In this document: one piece after another, positions 37,980-46,951 of the stretch
Layout of the letters: every line of letters begins with the position of its first letter
Position numbering within the stretch: the first letter of the stretch is position 1
NCBI GenBank assembly: GCA_046759445.1
Contig: JBHICG010000023.1
Location: forward strand, 1-46,951
Length of the DNA stretch: 46,951 bases
Direction: 5' to 3'
DNA from: Candidatus Scalinduaceae bacterium
GTDB lineage: Bacteria; Planctomycetota; Brocadiia; Brocadiales; Scalinduaceae
Translations under genes and position numbers: made by a program
The notes under the pieces: generated by a model
What the model was told of the DNA's origin: nothing
What the model saw: the letters and a program-made list of their open reading frames with translations, nothing else
The model's database searches: none

Positions 37980-39179
37980 CTAACTAAATATTGATCTCAT
38001 GGAAAAAATGCGTTTTTTCTTTTCCTCCACACTCTGCCCTGAAAAGGTAAAGGCCAACCTTTCGAATATTTTAGAGACTTCTATTCCTTTTCTTTTTTCT
38101 TGAGATTGAGCGCAAAGAGGCTTTCCCTGATTTATAGTACTCATAAAGATATTGTAAGCATCCGGAATACAGCACAAAAACTTCTTATTCAGATCCTTCT
38201 CTATCTCTTTTATTGAAATCTCAGAGTTTTTATAAAACCGGTTTACAATTATTTCCGTATTTTCTTCGCCAGGGTAACCAAGTTCCCTAAATATATTCTT
38301 AGTCCTTTTTAGGTTAATAATGCAAGGAAGGTTTAATTCAGAGACTATGATAACCTTGTCTGATATCTTCATGATCCCCCTAAAAAGGTCATTAAAAGAT
38401 TGTCCGCTATCAATGACAATAAAATCAAACATAGTCTGCATAAGCCTCAAGAGTGTCTCTAAGTCCTCCACTTTAATTGCATTCTTTTCAACCACTTTTG
38501 ACGGAGACGATAGTACATAAATCCCTGAAGGATGTTTAGTAATGGTACCCCCTAAATATGTCGAATCCAACCGGGATAGATTTTTGATAACTTCTGCCCA
38601 GTCGAAGTTAGGTTTTATGTCTAAATGTAGTGTGATTTCCCCGAAAGGAATGTTCATATCTATAAGTGCAACCTTCTTATCACCTGCTAGTTTGGCAAGG
38701 CTAACAGCAAGATTTACTGCAACCGTAGTCGTGCCTACACCCCCTTTACTCCCGAACACATCTATAATCATCCCCTTATTCGCAGATTCCTTGGCTGCTT
38801 TTTCATTCTCCTTTTGTTCTTTAATCTTTAAAAGGGCAGTTTTCACAACTTCTTTATTGATAGGCTGAGGGAAAAATCCCTTAGCTCCTACTCCAAAGGC
38901 TTCCATCAAGAAATCTGGTTTTGTGTTTGAAGATGTTAAAAAGACATCCTTCGTAATCCCGGATGCCTGAAGGGTTTTCACAAACTGGAACTCTCTCTTA
39001 GGCATATCCCCTATTTCCATAATCAGAAGGTCATAGTGCTCGTGATTCTCAGGATTTTGAACCTTCAACGGGTCGCGACACACCTCAAATCCTTTCAGAG
39101 ATGAAACGGCTTCATCCAGATCATCCTTTACCCTCTGATCCTTTATCTCTAACATTATAGTTATATTATCTTCAGACAT
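37980..39179 (-). CDS. cpaE: CpaE/TadZ (pseudo-receiver plus MinD-like ATPase)
   Basis: Deviant Walker A GSKGGVGTTT; receiver-like N-terminus (DLLIME). Start at ATG 39179 after AGAGG. Confidence 0.9.
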   Translation of the reverse strand: MSEDNITIMLEIKDQRVKDDLDEAVSSLKGFEVCRDPLKVQNPENHEHYDLLIMEIGDMPKREFQFVKTLQASGITKDVFLTSSNTKPDFLMEAFGVGAKGFFPQPINKEVVKTALLKIKEQKENEKAAKESANKGMIIDVFGSKGGVGTTTVAVNLAVSLAKLAGDKKVALIDMNIPFGEITLHLDIKPNFDWAEVIKNLSRLDSTYLGGTITKHPSGIYVLSSPSKVVEKNAIKVEDLETLLRLMQTMFDFIVIDSGQSFNDLFRGIMKISDKVIIVSELNLPCIINLKRTKNIFRELGYPGEENTEIIVNRFYKNSEISIKEIEKDLNKKFLCCIPDAYNIFMSTINQGKPLCAQSQEKRKGIEVSKIFERLAFTFSGQSVEEKKKRIFSMRSIFS

Positions 39180-39234
39180 ATAGCCTCTTTCTGTCAAATT
39201 ATGACTTGTGATTGTTGTCTGTTGTTTGATTTTT

Positions 39235-40320
39235 CTATTCGACCAAATTCGGGATACTACCCAGGGTACCAAAGTTTGCACCACCTCCCCGGCCAGGTGC
39301 TACACCATTACAGACGATTGTTGCATTTATTTCCTTCTCAGGAGTAACGAGTACCTCATAGATGGTGACCGTGGCAAACCCAATAATTTCTATAAATCCG
39401 TGTGGATTAGAGCAGTCATCCCAGTTGTAAACCACCACAGATGTCGTCCATGTCTCATTTGAGGTGTCATAGTCTAATGGTGGTTCATTTATTAACTTCA
39501 TAACGTGGAAAAGTGCCTCCAATTCATCGAATGCAGAGGTCACATTACCGCCGATAAATACAAGTTCTTCACCCGTTTCTACCAGAGGATTTACGAAGGC
39601 TCCTTCTACTTCTGGGTTCAGTCCGTTCAAGATATCCCTGAGCTTTGCAGCGTTTGCTGGCCAGCTTTCATAGGTATGCCAGCCCGCACAACCCTCAATA
39701 GTACCGGTGGGGTATAACCTGATAGGCTGGTTACAAAATTCAGATTCAAACCTTGCCTTTGAAATTCCCACCGGAAACGGAAGTCCCCCCTCCTGTATTA
39801 GGCTCGGGCCAGTCAGGGCAGCGGTGGCATCGGCAGTTACATTAACGTCATCCCTCCCAAATACCCTTGCAAAGAAGGTACCTAATGGGGCGTTGGCACT
39901 GTCATCTCTTCTGGATGTTACCTGTATTGCATCAGGACTATTCAGATTTGGAGTCAGAATTTTAGTGTCGGCATCCCAATTCCCGATCACAACATCGCTA
40001 CTATTGATGTTGATATACTTGCCTCCAGCCCGATTTTCTCCAGCTATCTCGCTAGCAAATGTGCTGTAAGTTGACTGAGCAGCAACATAATCTTGCTTTT
40101 CCTCTATAGCCATGGATTTATAAGTTTCACCAAGCTGTCCGGTTGCATAAAGAGCTGCAGCATCGGCTGTATTCTGAAGCTCGTTTCTACTTACCATAAT
40201 GTAGCCAATATCAACGGCTAGTGCACCGAAGCTGATGAGCATTACTATTGATAAACCGATTATGATGGCAGTGGTTCCACACTCATCCTTTAATCTTAAT
40301 AATCGTTTTAGTTTTTTCAT
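39235..40320 (-). CDS. tadG: TadG-like pilus protein
   Basis: DECG|TTAII, ALAVDIG...ELQNTADAAAL. Confidence 0.88.
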   Translation of the reverse strand: MKKLKRLLRLKDECGTTAIIIGLSIVMLISFGALAVDIGYIMVSRNELQNTADAAALYATGQLGETYKSMAIEEKQDYVAAQSTYSTFASEIAGENRAGGKYININSSDVVIGNWDADTKILTPNLNSPDAIQVTSRRDDSANAPLGTFFARVFGRDDVNVTADATAALTGPSLIQEGGLPFPVGISKARFESEFCNQPIRLYPTGTIEGCAGWHTYESWPANAAKLRDILNGLNPEVEGAFVNPLVETGEELVFIGGNVTSAFDELEALFHVMKLINEPPLDYDTSNETWTTSVVVYNWDDCSNPHGFIEIIGFATVTIYEVLVTPEKEINATIVCNGVAPGRGGGANFGTLGSIPNLVE

Positions 40321-40537
40321 TTTTTTTCCCCCTTTCCGTTATAGCGGCAATCCGCAACCAGAAACGGTATAAAATGATATTTTGAACCTTTTTCAAGCCT
40401 TCCGTATCATCTTTGCGCCTTTGCACTTTCACAAAAAATTTACAAAATAGACGAGATATTACAAGGTCATACTGTAAATTTCATGAACCCCTCTTTGTAG
40501 TTTCTGTGGTTGACTCTTTTTCTTATCAAAAACATAA

Positions 40538-40739
40538 TACCTAAATTGAGCAATTTTTGTTGCGATATCCTCATGAGGCATTGAAAATATTTGTTCTTCT
40601 ATAAATATTATCTTCACCTGTTAAGTGAAGGAATTTGTCATTCCCAAAGTCTGTTGAGCGGGAATCTAGCCCTTCTGTTTTATGGATTCCCGTTTCCACG
40701 GGAATGACAACATAACTTTAGAATCGCTCAAATTAGGTA
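40538..40739. mobile_element. MITE-like element, 202 bp
   Basis: Imperfect TIRs TACCTAAATTGAGCAATT / AATCGCTCAAATTAGGTA, flanked by ATAA direct repeats (40534-40537 and 40740-40743). Confidence 0.65.
40635..40710. repeat. GTCATTCCC-type REP-like double palindrome nested in the MITE
   Basis: TTGTCATTCCC...CGGGAATC ... GATTCCCG..CGGGAATGACAA. Confidence 0.75.
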
Positions 40740-40751
40740 ATAATAAGGGAA

Positions 40752-41201
40752 TTATGGCGGAAGAGGACCGCTTCCCTCCATCTTCATCACCGTTGTTGCC
40801 ACCAGGTTAAGTGTCCCGTCCGTAGTCACTCCCATGAGATTGGTGACCAAAGCTGGAAATAGTAAAAACTGATAGGGATATGTTACTACAACGGTAAGGT
40901 CATCTCCAAAGGCCAAGCCTTCCCTTTCTATAGTGGTAGTGGCTGAATTTACAGTACTAAAGGTAATAAGATTACCAGAAACATAATTATCCACTACGGT
41001 TATTATTTCGCCATCAGTTAAAGCGACTGGGCTGGATACTATCCCCGCGCGTGCCCCCTCTCTACTCGCATTAGTAATCATCTGTTGATCATATAAGAAT
41101 AAGCTAAATTCTATAATCCCAAAAGCAAGCACACTCAATGCCGGTAAAAGAAGGGCAAACTCTACAGCCGCTGCTCCTTTTTGGAGTTTCAAATTCTCCA
41201 T
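40752..41201 (-). CDS. tadE: TadE pseudopilin
   Basis: QKG|AAAVEFA, GIIEF and ASREGAR motifs. Confidence 0.92.
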   Translation of the reverse strand: MENLKLQKGAAAVEFALLLPALSVLAFGIIEFSLFLYDQQMITNASREGARAGIVSSPVALTDGEIITVVDNYVSGNLITFSTVNSATTTIEREGLAFGDDLTVVVTYPYQFLLFPALVTNLMGVTTDGTLNLVATTVMKMEGSGPLPP

Positions 41202-41219
41202 TTATTGTCACCTCCTATA

Positions 41220-41501
41220 CTATTTCAATATAGTACCGATAAGGTATGTTGGCGGCTTTTCAGCGGGTGCTTTAAAACTCTTTCTATATTCCTCCATAGT
41301 TACCTGAGCGGCGGGGCCGTCTAGTCCGTAAACTGGTGCCAGGTTTTTCTCGGCTTCTGTATTCAGGATCTGATTTGACTTTGCTTGTTTAAATGAGCTT
41401 CCGTAGTCCCTTTCAAGTCGGCTTATTCTTCCGGCACAGCCTACAAAAAAAACATTAACCACAATTATTAATACTATCAAAGCAACACATTTTTTTATCA
41501 T
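41220..41501 (-). CDS. Small Tad-associated lipoprotein
   Basis: Lipobox FVGC; DYGSS...NQILN, GLDG motifs; directly follows the secretin gene. Confidence 0.75.
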   Translation of the reverse strand: MIKKCVALIVLIIVVNVFFVGCAGRISRLERDYGSSFKQAKSNQILNTEAEKNLAPVYGLDGPAAQVTMEEYRKSFKAPAEKPPTYLIGTILK

Positions 41502-43028
41502 CTATTCCTCCCTGAGAGTGGCCATAGGCTTTATATATCCAAAATCTCCTTCCAATCCTCCACCTTTAGACTTTAATAAGGAAGAAGAGGTAGATATTGC
41601 AGGTGGTACTTTCCCTCCCCCTTCCAAATCACCTAACAGATAAAACTCAAAGTCGTTTGGATCAATAAATAGATCTGTAGGTAGTGTCTGTTTTGTCAGA
41701 TCAACGGGCCTTACCAAGTGGGGAGTAACAATTACGATCAATTCCGTCTCATTCTTTATATACTGGCTACTCCTGAACAGAGCGCCCAAGACAGGGACAT
41801 CACCCAGGAGAGGGTACTTCTGTACTGTTTCTCTTATATTATCCTTCAGAAGACCTGCAATAACAAAGCTCTGTCCATCGGAAAGCTCAATAGTTGTCGA
41901 TACACGCCTAACATCCAGGGCAGGTATTATAAAACCTTGAAGGCTAACAGCATTAGTGAAGTCGAGCTCAGACACCTCTGGAGCTACTAGCATACTTATT
42001 CTCCCGTCACTCAATACCATGGGAGTGAAATTAAGTCCCACCCCGAACGGTTTCCATACTATCGTAATCGTTGTGCCTCCCCCTCCGCCTCCTACCTGAG
42101 GCACAGGAACAGGGAACTCACCACCTGCAAGAAAATGGGCTGATTTACCGCTTAAGGTAATAAGGGTTGGTTCAGCCAGGATTTTTATTAAACCGTTCTC
42201 CTTTAATGCATCGATGAAGAATGTCGTGTTAGCATCATCTACTAGAAAGCGGAAAATCAGGTTGATCCTTTCCGAGTTTAATATTGCATTATTGGGTGTT
42301 CCTATAGATGGCCTAAATGCCTCGAACGATTCAACTGGCGTACTTGTGAGATTATCGAGGAGTGTTATCCCAAACGCTTGTCCGCTGCTGCTCAAAAGGT
42401 TAAAATTGATACCAAACCGCCTAGCTAGACTACGGGCTATTTCGGACACCCTGACTTCGAGCATTACCTGCTGAACGCCTCCTACCTCGAGCAAGTTAAT
42501 AAACTGAGGTATCCCCTTTTTATCTTTAGGAGCATATGACTGGGCAAGCGCCAATACCTGAGAAAGTATAGATGTACTGGAAACAGTGCCTGAAAGACTA
42601 ATTGCCTCATGAGTAGCTGTTACAAAAATATTCTCCTCTTGAGGGAACATTTCATGAAGCTTTACTTTGAGTCGGTTAATCTCAGGCAATACCTCTAGAT
42701 CAAATATGTCAGTAATTTTATCGGCCTCTCCCCACAATGTTAAGCTGGTGATTCCAGGAGCCTTTCCGGTAATATACATTTGCTGAGGTGTGAGCATAAG
42801 GACGTCGGCCATCTCCGGAGCAGCCAGAGTAACCCTTTTTACGGGATCTGCACTTTTAATGACGGTCGATTTAGACACTGTCAGGGTAAGTTTCCGTGGT
42901 GTTAACGTATGGACATTAGTCTTATTAGGGTCTTCTGCCCAACACTTAAAATTAAAAACCAGACAGTAAACGACAATCATAAAAAAGATGGTTTTGTTAT
43001 ATCTCTTAATTCTAGTTGGATCTATCAT
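41502..43028 (-). CDS. cpaC: Secretin CpaC/RcpA
   Basis: QQVMLEVRVSE, LAEPTL, FLAGGEFPVP, PLLGDVPVLGALFRS and IVTPHLV motifs. Confidence 0.95.
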   Translation of the reverse strand: MIDPTRIKRYNKTIFFMIVVYCLVFNFKCWAEDPNKTNVHTLTPRKLTLTVSKSTVIKSADPVKRVTLAAPEMADVLMLTPQQMYITGKAPGITSLTLWGEADKITDIFDLEVLPEINRLKVKLHEMFPQEENIFVTATHEAISLSGTVSSTSILSQVLALAQSYAPKDKKGIPQFINLLEVGGVQQVMLEVRVSEIARSLARRFGINFNLLSSSGQAFGITLLDNLTSTPVESFEAFRPSIGTPNNAILNSERINLIFRFLVDDANTTFFIDALKENGLIKILAEPTLITLSGKSAHFLAGGEFPVPVPQVGGGGGGTTITIVWKPFGVGLNFTPMVLSDGRISMLVAPEVSELDFTNAVSLQGFIIPALDVRRVSTTIELSDGQSFVIAGLLKDNIRETVQKYPLLGDVPVLGALFRSSQYIKNETELIVIVTPHLVRPVDLTKQTLPTDLFIDPNDFEFYLLGDLEGGGKVPPAISTSSSLLKSKGGGLEGDFGYIKPMATLREE

Positions 43029-43047
43029 AATTCTATTATCCTTTTTT

Positions 43048-43848
43048 TTAAAAATACGATATACTCACCTGACTCCCTTTTATTAATTCTACAGAGGGAG
43101 ATTTTTGAGTTCCTACCTCTTTTCCACCCCTGTAAGAGCTAAGTAAACCAGGTATTGTGGAACCATTTGTGATCACGTCTTTGGTATCAGCAAAATTTCT
43201 TAATGCCAACTGGATTTTCCCCTGGGTAGATGCTAAGGCCAGCTTTTCTGCTTCCTCTGGGTCCACCTCAAGCGTAACTACATCCATCTTAGTGGGCTTT
43301 TCCTTACCATCCTTCTTTCCCATTTTATGTCCGGTAGCGAGAACTAGTATATTTTCGAGCACCGTCTTTGTTATTGGGTTATCGACATCTTTCTTCTTCG
43401 ACAATGATACAAGAACATCCACACGGTTACCTGGTTTAATAAAACCCGTATTACCTATTACCTTATCAACCTTTATTGCCATTGCACGCTTTTCCGGATT
43501 AATCACCGCTGCTATACCACCGGTTTCAAACGTAATTGGGGCCAGCCTTGATTCAAATATCGGTTCATTAACCTTTATCGGGTAGATTATGGTCCTTCCT
43601 TTCAGATTAGCTGGATCAGAGAAATAACCTGAAGGCAGGCTTTTTTTTAGATAAGGTACAACTTTTGTCATTTCTTTGGTAATTAATGTTCCCCAAGATA
43701 AATCCTGTGTTGCCACTGCTACCGACACTGTCTGTTCCTTATATAATTCCACTTGCGATTTAGTCTTTTTTTGTAAATGGCTGTAGGCCAACAATGCAGC
43801 AAAAAGTGCTATAACTATTGCTATGAAGAATATTATTAAATTTTTCAT
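43048..43848 (-). CDS. cpaB: CpaB/RcpC
   Basis: SAF domain, RAMAI...GFIKPGNRVDV, VLENILVLA and LALRN motifs. Confidence 0.94.
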   Translation of the reverse strand: MKNLIIFFIAIVIALFAALLAYSHLQKKTKSQVELYKEQTVSVAVATQDLSWGTLITKEMTKVVPYLKKSLPSGYFSDPANLKGRTIIYPIKVNEPIFESRLAPITFETGGIAAVINPEKRAMAIKVDKVIGNTGFIKPGNRVDVLVSLSKKKDVDNPITKTVLENILVLATGHKMGKKDGKEKPTKMDVVTLEVDPEEAEKLALASTQGKIQLALRNFADTKDVITNGSTIPGLLSSYRGGKEVGTQKSPSVELIKGSQVSISYF

Positions 43849-44010
43849 AATCTCATCCCTCCTATAACTTTAACAGCTTATAAATAATGCATTGAATATT
43901 GAGTTAACTCTAAATATCCCAATATGAGGTATTATTCATTAAAAACTTATTTTTGTAAGTCTTTTGCCTTTTTTTTGCAAAATTACTGTACGTATTAAGT
44001 CATTGATATT

Positions 44011-44541
44011 TTAAATAATAACATTCCTTAAAACAGAGAGTGATGTGCCAAGTGCGATAGATACTCCATAGGGCAAGACAGGCATCTTTACTCTATTAGC
44101 AGGAGGGAGATAAACAAGACTCCTGGTAAAGATAGATGTCTTCAATATAGTCCCGTACCTTTTCACTGACTCCCTGAGATGTCCGTGTAATCCAAGAAGA
44201 ATAACAGCATAAATACCTCCAATCAAAGCAGTACAAAGGAAGGCCACAAATACCCCCTTTGGTCCCAGTAATACACCAACAGCACCCATAAGCTTTACAT
44301 CGCCTGCTCCCATTCCCCCTTTGAGATAAAAAAGTATGAGAAGAAAAAGACCCGAAAATAGACCCGCCAGGCTAAAAAGGAAACCATGCAGCCCATTCAT
44401 GTAAGTATAATACCCAATTCCTATTGCTATAGCTGGATACGTACAATAGTTTGGTATCTTATGAGTTCGGATATCACTTATTGTGGTGATGAGCAAGATA
44501 ATAGTTAATAATATAAGAGGAATTATCTCAATTATATTCAT
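44011..44541 (-). CDS. cpaA: A24 prepilin peptidase CpaA/TadV
   Basis: SDIRTHKIPN, GMGAGDVKL and LPYGVSI motifs. Confidence 0.94.
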   Translation of the reverse strand: MNIIEIIPLILLTIILLITTISDIRTHKIPNYCTYPAIAIGIGYYTYMNGLHGFLFSLAGLFSGLFLLILFYLKGGMGAGDVKLMGAVGVLLGPKGVFVAFLCTALIGGIYAVILLGLHGHLRESVKRYGTILKTSIFTRSLVYLPPANRVKMPVLPYGVSIALGTSLSVLRNVII

Positions 44542-44753
44542 AGCAATTCTACCTTTTTCTTTATATGTATTTTGATAGCTTTTAGTAAAACCATTATTTT
44601 GAAAAAAAGTTTACAGAAAAAGAATACCACCAATTGATACAGGCCTAATAACCTATTTTATTATTGATGTCTCCTTACATGAAAAAGTGTCCAGCTTTTA
44701 AAAACACCTATGTATTTTCTTAAATGTGTCTCCCCCAGGTTAAGCATTTATGG

Positions 44754-44966
44754 TCATGAATCTACAACAGAGTTGTACATATCCTGCACACTTGAACTTA
44801 AGGCTGTCACTGTACCTACGATAACTATAAAGACCAGGGCTGCGATTAGGCTATATTCAAGAGCGGTAACACCTTCTTCATCTTTCAAAAGTTTTAATAG
44901 CCTTTTTACTTTAATCGACAACTTTGTTGTACTGAGACTAACCAACCTCGATTTGGTAATGCTCAT
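44754..44966 (-). CDS. flp: Flp type IVb pilin 2 (long leader)
   Basis: DEEG|VTALEYSLIAAL; AAGGAAGG RBS. Confidence 0.88.
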   Translation of the reverse strand: MSITKSRLVSLSTTKLSIKVKRLLKLLKDEEGVTALEYSLIAALVFIVIVGTVTALSSSVQDMYNSVVDS

Positions 44967-45205
44967 ATTAACCTTCCTTGGTTTTATATTGTTAATGTAT
45001 ATAAGAAGTACTTACCGATTTGACAATAAATTAGTTAACATAATTTATTATTCCGAAGTTATGGATCAAGCCTCAGTCAAGTGTTTTATAATTCAATAGT
45101 TAAATTATGAGAGGGATACATTACCTATCATCATCTATCGACATTTAACCATAAATAGGTAATGCATCCCTTGAAATGAAAAAGATGTTATTATACCCTA
45201 CACAA

Positions 45206-45367
45206 CTATGGCATTTCGTCTGCAACAGTCTGGAACGTAGTCGAAACACCTAAGCCCAAAGCTGTTACAGCACCTATGATCACTACAGCAATCAGAGCCG
45301 CAATCAGACCATATTCAAGCGCGGTAACACCCTCTTCATCCCTCAAAAACTTTAACACTCTTTTCAC
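45206..45367 (-). CDS. flp: Flp type IVb pilin 1 (not in ORF track)
   Basis: GTG start after GGGGGTG; MKRVLKFLRDEEG|VTALEYGLIAALIAVVIIGAVTALGLGVSTTFQTVADEMP*. Confidence 0.93.
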   Translation of the reverse strand: MKRVLKFLRDEEGVTALEYGLIAALIAVVIIGAVTALGLGVSTTFQTVADEMP

Positions 45368-45598
45368 TTTTCTCACCCCCTTTCATTTTATGAAAAAATG
45401 TTAAGAATATAAATTTTACTCATCATTTTGGTAATTGATGAGTTAGTATATATAATTACATACACTCAACTCCGTTCTTTTTTTTCAAATGATTTATGCA
45501 AAATACATTATCCTACCCCATTAGTGTTGCTCTTTTTTATAAAATTTTATTCAATTTATATGTCTTATATTTAATATTTTTATTTGTAGAAAATAAGT

Positions 45599-45661
45599 TA
45601 AAAAAGCCTTACTGCAAAGATATCCACATAAGCCATCCATAGCAGTAAGGCTATCTTTTTT
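45599..45661 (-). terminator. Intrinsic-terminator-like hairpin upstream of flp
   Basis: Perfect 11-bp stem AGCCTTACTGC (45605-45615) / GCAGTAAGGCT (45642-45652), 26-nt loop, with U-tracts possible on both strands. Confidence 0.6.
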
Positions 45662-46573
45662 AAATTATATTTATGTCCTTACGAAGGGTTACGGGGCTTT
45701 AACTTCTCGTCTCCAGTACATCCCCGGACCTTCACAAATCTCTTTTCTTTACGTTTCCCGATTGCTTGGTTTTTACCTTTATAATAATATTTTTGTTACA
45801 CTTTACTAAATTAGCATTTGCAAGCGGGCATGATGAAACCATTTACTATAAGCTTAAAATAGGCAAAGCTAATGACCATTTTTCATCTCGTCTGCTAGTG
45901 GGAGAGGTCTTCGGTTTTTTTCCCGCTACCCATACTAGCCTGTACCTTTCTACTATTTCAAAACTTGTTTTGCAAAGCTCATTATAAGGCCATGTACTTA
46001 CCTCAAACAAAAATACAACAAACAAAATTCACTGCTCCCATAATGAAGCCAACTAAATTGTAAATACTTAATTCTAAAAAACAAGAAATCACTAGTTGCA
46101 TTTTAAAAATCTTTGGTTTTTATAAAACGTAACTATAGTTTCATTTATTTGATCTCTACTCACAAAAGTAAATTACATATTAAAAAGATAAATAATAAAA
46201 AAAGATTAAAGCGAGTATATGGGCAACTGTTTTCGGAAACCCCCTCTAATATCAAAAAGCTGTAAAGACTATGTATATAGATATTTATATAGATTAATAT
46301 GGATATAAGTTAACTAGGAAATTTCATTCAATTCTTTACCTGTTAAGATAGGTCTCGTTTTCGTAATAGTGATATTCCTTTTTGGGGTCATTAACCTTTT
46401 ACCAATACCATGTTCTATTTCAATTTTATCTTTTGCTTTATGTCCAACAAACTTTTTAAAAGTCCTTGTTATTTTAAACTTTGCTTCGTCTCTGTCTTCA
46501 TATAATTTTTTAAATCACTATTATAAGTTTATCTTATACCATTAGTTGCGTGTTTGGCTAAAAGTTAAAAGAA

Positions 46574-46589
46574 TGGTAGGAATCTTGCT
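46574..46589 (+). promoter_or_regulatory. Possible sigma54 -24/-12 element facing out of the window
   Basis: TGGTAGGAATCTTGCT has GG-N10-GC spacing. A similar TGGCATGTTCCTTACT occurs at 46816 with a -12 mismatch. Confidence 0.3.
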
Positions 46590-46951
46590 TCAAGTCTTAT
46601 TTTTTTAAAATAAAACATGTCTATTTTTCAAAGCACGATTCAAGAATAGTTGAAAAGAAAATTGGTCTATTTACGGTGTTTTTGGAAAATTTAAAAAAAT
46701 GACATGGAGGGTATTAGACAGTCTAAGACATATGTGGTCAGAGTTTAAACACTAAATTACATACAAACTGTCATGGGGATATATCGAGGAAAAATTACGA
46801 CAACACCTACTCTTATGGCATGTTCCTTACTATTTTTAATTAATAGCTTAATTATTACTCCTCTTTTTCAGGAACATTTGATTTAATATAACTTGTTTCG
46901 TCTTTATGGCAAAGATCGCAAGCTGTAATCTGTCACTGACTCCAGTCTTTT

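Noticed and set aside
45677..45765. Canonical c-di-GMP-I or ydaO riboswitch
   Set aside because: Lacks the GGCAAA/GAAA/GACGCAAAGC and ydaO core motifs; kept only as an unclassified candidate.
45824..45884. Fluoride riboswitch (AAGCTAATGAC on + strand)
   Set aside because: No upstream partner for the pseudoknot, wrong strand for flp, and no fluoride-related gene.
45766..45987. 73-aa + strand ORF
   Set aside because: TTG start, no RBS or motif, and it overlaps the structured leader region.
46315..46511. Startless minus-strand frame with IEHGIGKRL (winged-helix-like)
   Set aside because: No start codon, and similarity is too weak to call by eye.

Overview
AT-rich bacterial window with two blocks. 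1-33500 (+ strand) is a mosaic surface-polysaccharide tailoring region. It holds two GT2s, an acyltransferase-3, two GNATs, tandem B12-radical SAM enzymes, two ATP-grasp ligases, a deacetylase, a CapK-like ligase, a carbamoyltransferase-SxtJ-DUF5989 trio, and secreted lyase-like and DUF4091 proteins. It also holds an unusual four-gene module at 1425-6241: a cytidylyltransferase fused to a ParB/Srx (SerK/SbnI-like) domain, a second cytidylyltransferase, DUF711, and a Thr-type sulfatase-fold protein. 33535-45367 (- strand) is an apparently complete Tad/Flp pilus operon with two pilins, preceded by a structured leader with a terminator/antiterminator candidate. Intergenic DNA contains decayed paralogs, IS1182 and IS200 remnants, a MITE-like element, and short-repeat-armed cassette scars. 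No rRNA, tRNA or CRISPR array was seen. All calls come from reading motifs by eye; no searches were run.
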